A stretch of DNA of 64,000 bases. Source: a virus. How positions within the stretch are numbered: the first letter of the stretch is position 1; the number at the start of each line of letters is the position of its first letter. The notes beneath the pieces were generated by a model. It searched no databases and had not been told where the DNA came from. It saw only the letters and a program-made list of their open reading frames with translations. Positions 9,941-18,974 of this stretch are shown piece after piece. Position numbers and translations under genes: made by a program. The stretch is from positions 1-64,000 of IMG/VR virus record IMGVR_UViG_3300012347_000193. The stretch is one strand, 5' to 3'.

Positions 9941-11581
9941 TTATGATGTAGTTACGATTGTCGTTACTTGACTGAAATTAGTAAAACCCCATACAGAATA
10001 TGTTTGACCTGATATTGTTACTTGCCCAGTTTCATCGGGTGTGTCAACAATATCAGAGCCTAAAAATACGTGCTTGAATGTATGTGATGTTGTGTTAGGT
10101 GTTGCAATCCAAAGATAGTTATTTGGATTAGTTCCAGTATTTGCTCCTTGACCTACGGTAAAGTTATTGCTATTGTGTGAGTCACCTGTTGTGAATGACG
10201 GAACACTGTTAGATGTTGTTGTTTTCCAAAACAACGGATAATATTTAGTAGCCGCTGATACTGTTCCGTTAATAGAACCTGTCATTGTACGTGAGCCTGC
10301 ACCGAAGCCGCCAGTACCTACATAATCACTACTGTTCATAATATATGTAAGTGTGCTATCTAGTGACGGGCTTGATCCTGATGTTGATCCAGTTGAGGTC
10401 AATGACCCTGAAATATTCTGTACACCGTTTGCATATGTTAAATTACCTGCGGTAGCAGTTGCTCCTGTTGTCGCAGTTGCGGACCAAGTGAACACCTGAT
10501 TAATGTCCCAATATGGAACAGAACTTGACGGGAATGAACCAGTGAATGCAGTGATGTTGAATGGTATAGGTTGATTGTTAGTTAATGTATTACCGGTAGA
10601 AGAGTAAACTCCTCTAGTTGTAGTTAAATTAAGACTAACAGTGTCAGTGGCTTGTGTTTGCGGTGTTGAGCTTAGATAACTACTAGGAATTGTGTAAGTA
10701 CCACTGTTTCCAGTAATTCCCAAAGCTACGATGTTTGCGCCAGTTACTGTGCTTCCACCAATCGTAATAGTATCAGTCGTTTTAATATCAAATGATGCGT
10801 TAGCAAGACTAAAAGTTATTGATACATTTTGTGAATTAATAGAATTAGTGATGTAGTTGATGTAAGCGTTCTTAGCTGTTCCACCACTCGCCCATGCCGA
10901 TGTTGTAGAAATGCTAACTGGACCTAGTTGATTAATAGTAAAAACACCAGCGGGGTAATTAGTATCAGAATAGTCTGATACGATTTCTAAAGTAGAACCA
11001 GCAACGATTGTGTTAACGTTTGACACGACACAAGCGTAAAAATTACCAGATAATGATGAAGTAGAGATTCCGGTAAGTTGACTACCATTACCAATAAAGT
11101 AATTTGCGTGTAGATTACCGTACTCATTGACAGTAACAACGTTGTTACTGACTGAAACATTACTTCCCAATACAAACTCGCCGGCTGAGTTATCCCAACC
11201 CATGAAAGCATCAACTGGTTGGGTAGTGAAGTAATGTAATAATTGACCACGATCCTTTGAATCGTTGTTAGTAAGTGCAGAACCGTTAGGGTTACCGCCC
11301 TGTTCAATCAACGGATCTTTTATGTTTAGTGTATCAACGTTAGAATATACAATATTACCGTTGATAATCAGATTGCCAGTAAAAACTGCATTGTTTGCAC
11401 CAATATCTTTAGTGACAACTAAATTGCCACCGATATATGCATTTCCGTTCGCGCCTAAACCACCGGTTACGACTAGTGCGCCAGAAGTCGGTGAAGTTGC
11501 GGCAACCGTTCCAGCAACGGTTAAAACGGTATCGATTTGTGCGTTACCGTAAACTCGTGTCCCTGAACGTAATAATGCCAT
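9941..11581 (-). CDS. Tail-fibre-like protein
   Basis: 546 aa; N-terminal region paralogous to the 1402-aa fibre (RVYG; DPLIE.GG...KDRG.LLHY...DAFMGWDNSAGEF). Confidence 0.75.
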   Translation of the reverse strand: MALLRSGTRVYGNAQIDTVLTVAGTVAATSPTSGALVVTGGLGANGNAYIGGNLVVTKDIGANNAVFTGNLIINGNIVYSNVDTLNIKDPLIEQGGNPNGSALTNNDSKDRGQLLHYFTTQPVDAFMGWDNSAGEFVLGSNVSVSNNVVTVNEYGNLHANYFIGNGSQLTGISTSSLSGNFYACVVSNVNTIVAGSTLEIVSDYSDTNYPAGVFTINQLGPVSISTTSAWASGGTAKNAYINYITNSINSQNVSITFSLANASFDIKTTDTITIGGSTVTGANIVALGITGNSGTYTIPSSYLSSTPQTQATDTVSLNLTTTRGVYSSTGNTLTNNQPIPFNITAFTGSFPSSSVPYWDINQVFTWSATATTGATATAGNLTYANGVQNISGSLTSTGSTSGSSPSLDSTLTYIMNSSDYVGTGGFGAGSRTMTGSINGTVSAATKYYPLFWKTTTSNSVPSFTTGDSHNSNNFTVGQGANTGTNPNNYLWIATPNTTSHTFKHVFLGSDIVDTPDETGQVTISGQTYSVWGFTNFSQVTTIVTTS

Positions 11582-11604
11582 TTCTTATATTCTCAATCTA
11601 GTAC

Positions 11605-11832
11605 TTATGCAATTCCTGAAGTCTCGTCAAAAACCCCAGCAATTCTCACAACACCATTGGCGTGTTGTTGCATCGCTCTACTATTTAGCGTACCTGAAAC
11701 TTCGTCAAATTCATAAGCAAACACCCCCGAAGGAGTGATGCTTATGTTTGATTGGCTAATTTCGTTAAAGACTACGCCATTGCTGGCGTAGAATGTACCT
11801 GAGCTATTCAACCTAGCTGCAATGTTAGCCAT
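11605..11832 (-). CDS. Small connector-like protein, paralog of the termini of the 284-aa protein
   Basis: 75 aa: ARL...GT...EFDEV...AM.Q..NG.....FDE. Confidence 0.7.
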   Translation of the reverse strand: MANIAARLNSSGTFYASNGVVFNEISQSNISITPSGVFAYEFDEVSGTLNSRAMQQHANGVVRIAGVFDETSGIA

Positions 11833-11841
11833 TTATCTTCC

Positions 11842-14800
11842 TTAGTTGAAGATGAAGTCTAAGCTGTTTGCAGAAGCGTTAAATTGAATATAAGCTGCAC
11901 TGTCTGTTCCACCGTTATTATTAGCGAAACCAACTGCTTTGCCTGTATAGATGTTACCTGTAGCACTCATACCACCTGCAACCTTAACAGTACCTGTTAC
12001 TGCGCTTGTTGTAGCAATGTCACCGCTTGCAACGATAACGTTTGCAGCAGTAATATTGTTAGCAGTAACGTTACCAGTAGCGTTAATAGCACCGGTTACG
12101 TTTGCACCAGTACCAGTAACTGCAATGATTTGACTTCCGCCAACGCTCAATGAGATGTTACCGTTTAGCGCAACTGAAACGTTGCTTGTACCATTGCTGA
12201 TAATGCTTGTGTCAACTGTAGCCCATGATAATGATCCTGTGCCGTCAGTCTTCAAGAATTGACCATCAGAGCCACCAGTAATAACAACATTACCGACTGG
12301 GCCTAAGTTAGATGTACCATCAACTGTTAGACCAGTTAGTGTACCAACAGTGCGAATGTTTGTCTGAGTAGCAGTAGTTAATGTGCCGCCCAAATTATCT
12401 GCATCAACAGTGGTCGCAGAAATTACGTTTGCACCGCTAATATTTCCAGTTACAGTCAACACATTTGTAGTGCTGTTGAACGTGAAGTTTGCACTTGCAG
12501 CTAAATCGTCACCAGCCGAAGACTTGAACTGAATTTCAGTTGCATTACCTGCTGCTGATTGGAAGTCGATTGGAGTTCCGTTTGCATAGTAATAGTTGTC
12601 AGTTTTAATACCACCGGTCGATACGTTTGCAGTAACACTCAATGATGACAATGTGCCAACGCTAGTGATGTTAGGCTGTGCTGCTGTGTAAACAGTACCT
12701 GCAACTAATGCATTACCTACTTGACCGTTAACGTTTCCACCGTCTACTGAGTAAGCAACATCAGCGATGTTAGCATGGTTTGCACCAGAAACATCACCTG
12801 ATACGTTGCCGCCTGATACTGAGTAAGCAGTACCAGCAGTTGTTGCGTATGTTGCGTTTGCGACTGTACCGGTTACGTTAGCACCAGTGATGCTCGACAA
12901 TGCTGAACCATTACCTTGGAAGTAGTTAGCAATAACCAAGTTACCTAAGTTAGCATTAGCTGAACTGATGTTACCAGTGACTGCCAATGACTCTAAATTA
13001 CCAACTGAAGTGATGTTTGGTTGAGCACTAGTTGTTAATGAACCTGCTACTGTATTAGCTGCAATATTATCAACAGTTAATGTACCACTAACATATGTGA
13101 AATTATTGTCATGCGCTAAAGTGTTGCCTGCGCCTACAAATTGCAATGCGCCTGCAACGCCGCCAACAGTGATGTTACCAGAGATGTTACCTGATACGTC
13201 ACCTACAACGTTACCGATGAAGTTTGGAGCAGAGATTGAACCGTTACCAATTGTTACGCCACCAATATACAAGTTACCAACAACGTTTGCGTCACCACCG
13301 ATTGTGATGTTACCTGTAGTTTCTAAACTTGTACCAGTTGCTGCACCAATGTTAGGTGTAACCAATGTTAAACCATCTTTTACTTGCAATGTATCTGCTA
13401 CGATAGTAAGTGTAGATTCGTCAACGTTAACGCTGAAATCTGTACCTGTTAAAGTTAAACCTGAACCTGCACTATATGCTCCTGCACCAGAGAACTGAGT
13501 GAAGTCAATATCACCTGAACCGTCTGTTGCACCCATTGCAGTAAATGTATCTGATGTTGCAGCAACTGTCCAACCTGTGTTCTGATTTGTTGCGCCTTCA
13601 GCTACGAATACGAAAGCACCCTTTACTTCGCTTGTCTTGTTCATGTCTAATGAACGAGTCAAGATTAATACAGGAGAAACTTGAGTGATATCATAGATAC
13701 CATTTTCCCAAGCATCTGCTTGATCCTTAACTAGAATACGTTGATTGATTTCGACTGCATGAGTATCAATGCTTGATATAGTAGTTGCAAATGTCAATGT
13801 TGCGCCTGCGCCGTCTGTACCATTGTCATATGTTGCATCTAAAGCTGCTGTTGTTGCGCTATGAGCACTAATCTTTACAGATAGACCTTGAGCAACACCG
13901 TCAACATATCCTTTGTTTGCTGCATCTGAACTTGCGTCAGGAGTAGCAACGCTAGTGATGCGCTTGTTAGATACATCAACTGTACCTGTGCCTGTAGGAG
14001 CAAGAACAACGTTACCGTTTGTGTCTGATGCACTGATAGTGATATCAGCAGTTGTAGCAACGATATCAGCAGTAGTTAGTTTAGGAGTATCGATGTTACC
14101 AGTAACTGATACATCGCCAGACGCATCAATATCACCTGTTGTGATACTACCTGAATCTGCGATTCCAGTTACAGAAATTGCAGCACCAGAGATGTTTCCA
14201 GTAACGTTAGCATTACCTGTTGCGTTTAATGAACCTACGTTAGCAGCTCCAGTAACAATAATGCTATCAGTTTTAACTAAACCGTTAGCAGAGAAGCCAA
14301 CATCCAATAATCCACCGCCGCCTTGTGATGCACTGTTATAAGTTAAGTTTGCACTTGAACCAAAGTCACCGTTGTTGTTGAATTGTAGTTGTGTGTTTGA
14401 ACCAGCAGCTTGTTGGAAGTCAACTGGAGCGCCGTTCGCATAGTAGTAGTTATCAGTTAAGATACCACCAGTTTGTAGGTTACCGACAACGTTTGCAACA
14501 GTTAAGTTACCCAATGAAGTTACATTTGGTTGTGCAGCAGTAGATAAAGTACCTTCTAATGTAGTTGCTTTAACTGTACCAGAGTTTGCATAAACGTTAC
14601 CTGAAATGACATTAGCTGAAGCGATTACGTTATTTGCAGCAAAATCAGCAGTTGTAGTCAATGCAGTTAAATTTGACTCGATGATTTGGTCACCTAAATA
14701 GATGGTGTTACCTGCTAAGTATAAGTCTTTCCAACGATTAGATGCATTACCTAAGTTGTATGTTACGTTAGCGTCAGGGATCAAGTTACCGTTAACTTGT

Positions 14801-16050
14801 CCAGCAATCTTTAGATTACCGATGTTTGCAGTACCCGTAGTATTGAAGTTTGCACCGTCAACGTTACCAGTTGCAACAACTGCACCAGTACCTAAGTTAC
14901 CTGTATTTGCATTACCAGTTACACTCAATGTACCTGTGAATACACCTGCAGTTGCGCCCAAATTGCCAACGTTTGCATTACCTGTTACAGATAATACACC
15001 ACCAGATTCAATGTTTCCACCAGCAATATTACCTGAAACAGTTAACGATGTCAATGTACCGACACTAGTGATATTACCTTGAGCAGGGTTTGTTACGGTG
15101 TTTGCGTTTACAACTTCACCTGAAACATTTCCACCGGCTACTGAGTAAGCAACGTTTGCAACGTTTGCGATAGTAGCGTGGTCTGCGTCTGGAACATATC
15201 CAGTTACGTTTGCACCTGTGATACTTGACAAGCCAGCGCCATTACCGCTGAATGCATTACCAGTGATAGTGTCACCAGTAATGTCACCAGAAAGTGTCAA
15301 AGCGTGAGTTGATTTGTTGAACGTGAAGCCGGAAATTGCGTTTACTGCGCCACCGTCGTTGAACAAGATATAAGTATTGCTACCAGGAGCAGCTAGAGAA
15401 CCTGAAACGTTAGCGTAGATAGTACCAGTAACTGTTAAATTACCACCAACTGTTGCGTTGCCTGTAATGTCAGTATCACCTGTTAGTGTGCTTGTACCAG
15501 TTACTGATAAGTCACCACCGATATCTGCATCTCCGGTAACTGATAAATCTACCAATGTACCAACACTAGTAATGTTTGGTTGACTTGATGCTGTTACAAG
15601 ACCTGCATATGAGGACATGTTAGCGTAAGCAACTGTACCGTCAACGTTTGCGCCAACGATATTTGTTAAACCTGCTGCGTTACCAAAGAATGTACCAGCA
15701 CGTAAATTACCGTATGTGTTGTAAGATACAACTTCACCTGAAACAGTAACATCGCTACCTAACGCAAATTCACCTGCTGAGTTGTCCCAGCCCATGAACG
15801 CATCTTTAGCTGCGCCGTTATAGTAGTGCAACAATGAACCACGGTCTTTGCCGTCGTTTGATGCTAACGCACCTGAATCTGCTCCACCTAATTCGATTAG
15901 TGGATCAGTGATTTTCATAGTATCTACATATGAGTAGATAGTATTTCCAGTAACTGTTAAGTTACCATTGATAGTCGTATCGCTTGAAACGGTTAATACA
16001 CTATCGATATCAAGATTACCGTAAACTCTAGAGTCTTTTAACTTTGCCAT
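11842..16050 (-). CDS. Long tail-fibre protein
   Basis: 1402 aa G/N/T/V-rich; about six QPNITSVGTL-like repeats, AGSNTQLQFN modules, DAANKGYVD, RILVKDQ...ENGIY domain; AAGGA SD. Confidence 0.85.
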   Translation of the reverse strand: MAKLKDSRVYGNLDIDSVLTVSSDTTINGNLTVTGNTIYSYVDTMKITDPLIELGGADSGALASNDGKDRGSLLHYYNGAAKDAFMGWDNSAGEFALGSDVTVSGEVVSYNTYGNLRAGTFFGNAAGLTNIVGANVDGTVAYANMSSYAGLVTASSQPNITSVGTLVDLSVTGDADIGGDLSVTGTSTLTGDTDITGNATVGGNLTVTGTIYANVSGSLAAPGSNTYILFNDGGAVNAISGFTFNKSTHALTLSGDITGDTITGNAFSGNGAGLSSITGANVTGYVPDADHATIANVANVAYSVAGGNVSGEVVNANTVTNPAQGNITSVGTLTSLTVSGNIAGGNIESGGVLSVTGNANVGNLGATAGVFTGTLSVTGNANTGNLGTGAVVATGNVDGANFNTTGTANIGNLKIAGQVNGNLIPDANVTYNLGNASNRWKDLYLAGNTIYLGDQIIESNLTALTTTADFAANNVIASANVISGNVYANSGTVKATTLEGTLSTAAQPNVTSLGNLTVANVVGNLQTGGILTDNYYYANGAPVDFQQAAGSNTQLQFNNNGDFGSSANLTYNSASQGGGGLLDVGFSANGLVKTDSIIVTGAANVGSLNATGNANVTGNISGAAISVTGIADSGSITTGDIDASGDVSVTGNIDTPKLTTADIVATTADITISASDTNGNVVLAPTGTGTVDVSNKRITSVATPDASSDAANKGYVDGVAQGLSVKISAHSATTAALDATYDNGTDGAGATLTFATTISSIDTHAVEINQRILVKDQADAWENGIYDITQVSPVLILTRSLDMNKTSEVKGAFVFVAEGATNQNTGWTVAATSDTFTAMGATDGSGDIDFTQFSGAGAYSAGSGLTLTGTDFSVNVDESTLTIVADTLQVKDGLTLVTPNIGAATGTSLETTGNITIGGDANVVGNLYIGGVTIGNGSISAPNFIGNVVGDVSGNISGNITVGGVAGALQFVGAGNTLAHDNNFTYVSGTLTVDNIAANTVAGSLTTSAQPNITSVGNLESLAVTGNISSANANLGNLVIANYFQGNGSALSSITGANVTGTVANATYATTAGTAYSVSGGNVSGDVSGANHANIADVAYSVDGGNVNGQVGNALVAGTVYTAAQPNITSVGTLSSLSVTANVSTGGIKTDNYYYANGTPIDFQSAAGNATEIQFKSSAGDDLAASANFTFNSTTNVLTVTGNISGANVISATTVDADNLGGTLTTATQTNIRTVGTLTGLTVDGTSNLGPVGNVVITGGSDGQFLKTDGTGSLSWATVDTSIISNGTSNVSVALNGNISLSVGGSQIIAVTGTGANVTGAINATGNVTANNITAANVIVASGDIATTSAVTGTVKVAGGMSATGNIYTGKAVGFANNNGGTDSAAYIQFNASANSLDFIFN

Positions 16051-16082
16051 TTTTTATTTTCCTTTTGGTTTTCTATAATGTA

Positions 16083-16937
16083 TTAACTTATAGTAGTTAC
16101 TTCGTCAATGATATTTGCAACTTGCAAAGTACCATCTCTTAATTGTTTCATTGCACCGTTATAAACAGTAGACAATGGAGTAGTTGAACTGTAAGCTGCG
16201 GAACCAGTATTAGTTAATACTTTGTCACCTGCAGTTGATGAATCAACAAGCATGTTTGCCTGATTAGCAACATTTAATAATATTACTGTGTTTTGCACAT
16301 CAGAAAGTGATTGCACTGGCATAGCAAAATTGCCTCTATACACTGCAATACCTTTAACAATTCTAAAGTTAGTAAAGAATCCATCTAATAGGTCTTCACC
16401 ATCTAAGTTTGCACCTAACGCCAACGGACGGCTGTTAGTTCCAGAGTAAGGTGAGTTGTCAGTGATATGACTTACGCCATTGATATAGACATCTACTACT
16501 CCGTTGTGTTTTTCTAATGCAACGTGAAACCATTGGAATTGAGGAATAGCACTTGGACCTGATGTTTGTACACCGTTTGCATCTGTGCCGTCCCAATAAT
16601 ATAATTTTCCATCTAGTACTTCTAAAGTGTCACCACCTGTGAAGAACCATAGTCTCATGTGCGCTGTGCTTCTAATAAAAAACCAGCCTTCAATTGTGAA
16701 GTCATCCTCGCCAAAGCCGAAATCAGCGGAACCCAATACAGTAATGTATTGAGTTGTTCCATTCAATTCAATAGAACCACCTGAGGGTAAACCTGCAGGA
16801 AGTGTAATCTCATCAAACTCGTCAGCAAAAATTCCGTCAGCTTTGATAGAATGAGTGGATTGGAGAGTTTCATCAAACTCCCCTGCTGTTACTAGCGTTC
16901 CATCATTGACTAATCTAGCCCCGATTGTTGTTGTCAT
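16083..16937 (-). CDS. LamG/concanavalin-A-like lectin domain protein inside a connector scaffold
   Basis: DFTIEGWF...QWFHVAL...VYINGV...FRIVKG.AVY is a phage LamG-like pattern. Confidence 0.75.
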   Translation of the reverse strand: MTTTIGARLVNDGTLVTAGEFDETLQSTHSIKADGIFADEFDEITLPAGLPSGGSIELNGTTQYITVLGSADFGFGEDDFTIEGWFFIRSTAHMRLWFFTGGDTLEVLDGKLYYWDGTDANGVQTSGPSAIPQFQWFHVALEKHNGVVDVYINGVSHITDNSPYSGTNSRPLALGANLDGEDLLDGFFTNFRIVKGIAVYRGNFAMPVQSLSDVQNTVILLNVANQANMLVDSSTAGDKVLTNTGSAAYSSTTPLSTVYNGAMKQLRDGTLQVANIIDEVTTIS

Positions 16938-16945
16938 AAAAAGTT

Positions 16946-17557
16946 TTACCCGTTAAAATTAAAATCTATACTTTCGACACCATCATTATAGTTAATGATT
17001 CCTCTAGAAGAAGTTCCCCCTAGACCATTAGCTAAATGAATTGCGCCGCCTATATATAAGTCTTTCGCAATGCCTACACCACCCGCCGTGACAATTGACC
17101 CGGTATCCGTGGATGTTGCATCTATAGTACTATTTATGACCAATTGCGTATTAACCGTTGCAGTGTCGGTATTTAGGCTAGTTATTGTAGCAGAATCTGC
17201 TACCAAAGTGTTGATATTTGCACTAGAAGCAGTGATTTCACCAGTGAAATTAATCCCTGTTGCGTTTGCAGAAATAGTCTGCGTTCCAATGTTTATAGTG
17301 TTAGCTAGGTATAAATCATTGAACTTTTGTGCAACGCTACCCAAGTCATATGCTGCATTTGTTTTAGGTATTAAATTAGAACCAACTACATCCGCTATTA
17401 ACTCTGCTGCGGAGACTTTAGTAGTAGCAATTATGTTTGCTGAGGTGACTGAGATTGAAGCAAATACACTGGCAGCATTGATGCCATCAGTAGCCGCATT
17501 AAGACTTATACCGCCCGTCTTTAACCCAGTTCTAACGTTAAATGCTTTTGTTACCAT
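16946..17557 (-). CDS. Short fibre segment protein
   Basis: 203 aa; YDLGS..KFNDLYL module; GSIVTAGGVGIAKDLYIG; ends SIDFNFNG. Confidence 0.7.
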   Translation of the reverse strand: MVTKAFNVRTGLKTGGISLNAATDGINAASVFASISVTSANIIATTKVSAAELIADVVGSNLIPKTNAAYDLGSVAQKFNDLYLANTINIGTQTISANATGINFTGEITASSANINTLVADSATITSLNTDTATVNTQLVINSTIDATSTDTGSIVTAGGVGIAKDLYIGGAIHLANGLGGTSSRGIINYNDGVESIDFNFNG

Positions 17558-17574
17558 TGTATTACATACTCGCT

Positions 17575-18954
17575 TTAATCAGCTAAGTAAGTCCCCATTA
17601 TTCTTATTGTTGTGTTGGCTGCAATGTTAGTCGCATACATCTCTATATTTCCTGCTGATATTTCTGCTGTTATCTCAACTACATCCATATCAACAGTAGA
17701 AATATCTCCGTAGATAGTAATGAATGCGTCAACGTCATCGTGTATCAACAGAACTTCTAGAGTTTGAAAACCTAAATCACTGCTTGCTCTTATTATATAT
17801 TTAGCTGACCTAAAATCTGTGGTAGTGAAGCTATCAACTACAGTGACTCCGTCAACTTCAATTATCGGGTTTGCGCTAACTAAACGAGGAGTAACTAGGT
17901 TACTTGTTGTTACTAAATTTCCTCTGACAGTAGTGTTACCAGTAGTAGAACCAATTGTTACATTACTAGAAAGACCCAAGTTAACATTAGAAACACCGGT
18001 GTTAAAAATTCCAGCAGTCTCATTAATAACTGCGATTGGTGATGAGCCTATTGTTAAAATACCACCAGTTACACTAACGTTTGCTACGCTTAGTAAGTTA
18101 GTAGAACTATTGAATGTGAAAGTGTCGTCACTAGAAAATCCGCTACCAGAGCCAAACATGACTTCAGTTGCAGGAACTGCTGCTGGATCTGATGACCCTG
18201 AAAGAACACGATATATAGTTACTTCGATATGTTGACCAGCTGCCGGAGCCTCATCAAATACGATAGCTCCGTTCTCTACAGTGAACACTGGTTCTTGCTG
18301 AACTAAACCATCGATGTTAACTACAACGTTGTCAACACTATGTGGGTCAGTTGTTAAAGCAAATACAGTTTCAGTTCCATTGGCAGTAAATCTATTTTTA
18401 CTAATCCCAATAAAACCTGATTCTACTACTGTGCCACTCGCTGAAGGTTCCCAGCTTACATCACCTTGACCATTTGTAGTTAATACATAACCAGATGCGC
18501 CGCCGGGTAGTACTAGATTATCAACTGCGGTTAGTGTTACTAACCCAGTTACATTTAAATTTTCTAATGTTCCTACACTAGTAATGTTTGCTTGAGCGTG
18601 AGTAGTTAGTGTACCGTTAATAAAGGGAGCAGATAGTAATCCTGTAGTCTTATTAAACGTGAATGTTTCGTCTGCGCCAAACAGACCCATATCATTAAAC
18701 TGAACGTAGGTATCGAATCCAACACAACCAACGTCTGCTGGATTAGTCCAAGATAAGTTACCTTCGCCGTCTGTCTGTAATACGAAGCCACCAGTACCAC
18801 CCTCGATTCGGATGTTGCCAACTTGTCCCAAATCAGTTAGATTAGTAACTGTTAGGTTATTAGCAGCAACGTTGGCAGCGTCATCAATGACTTCATGTAT
18901 GACAACATCTCCGACAGAGATGCCTGCGATTGCGTTGAACTTTTTAATTGCCAT
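17575..18954 (-). CDS. Fibre segment protein
   Basis: 459 aa; FNAIAG N-terminus, FTANG beta-sandwich, C-terminal FRSAKYII...IHD...IYG domain. Confidence 0.75.
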   Translation of the reverse strand: MAIKKFNAIAGISVGDVVIHEVIDDAANVAANNLTVTNLTDLGQVGNIRIEGGTGGFVLQTDGEGNLSWTNPADVGCVGFDTYVQFNDMGLFGADETFTFNKTTGLLSAPFINGTLTTHAQANITSVGTLENLNVTGLVTLTAVDNLVLPGGASGYVLTTNGQGDVSWEPSASGTVVESGFIGISKNRFTANGTETVFALTTDPHSVDNVVVNIDGLVQQEPVFTVENGAIVFDEAPAAGQHIEVTIYRVLSGSSDPAAVPATEVMFGSGSGFSSDDTFTFNSSTNLLSVANVSVTGGILTIGSSPIAVINETAGIFNTGVSNVNLGLSSNVTIGSTTGNTTVRGNLVTTSNLVTPRLVSANPIIEVDGVTVVDSFTTTDFRSAKYIIRASSDLGFQTLEVLLIHDDVDAFITIYGDISTVDMDVVEITAEISAGNIEMYATNIAANTTIRIMGTYLAD

Positions 18955-18974
18955 AATGGTTATTACTGTTGCAA

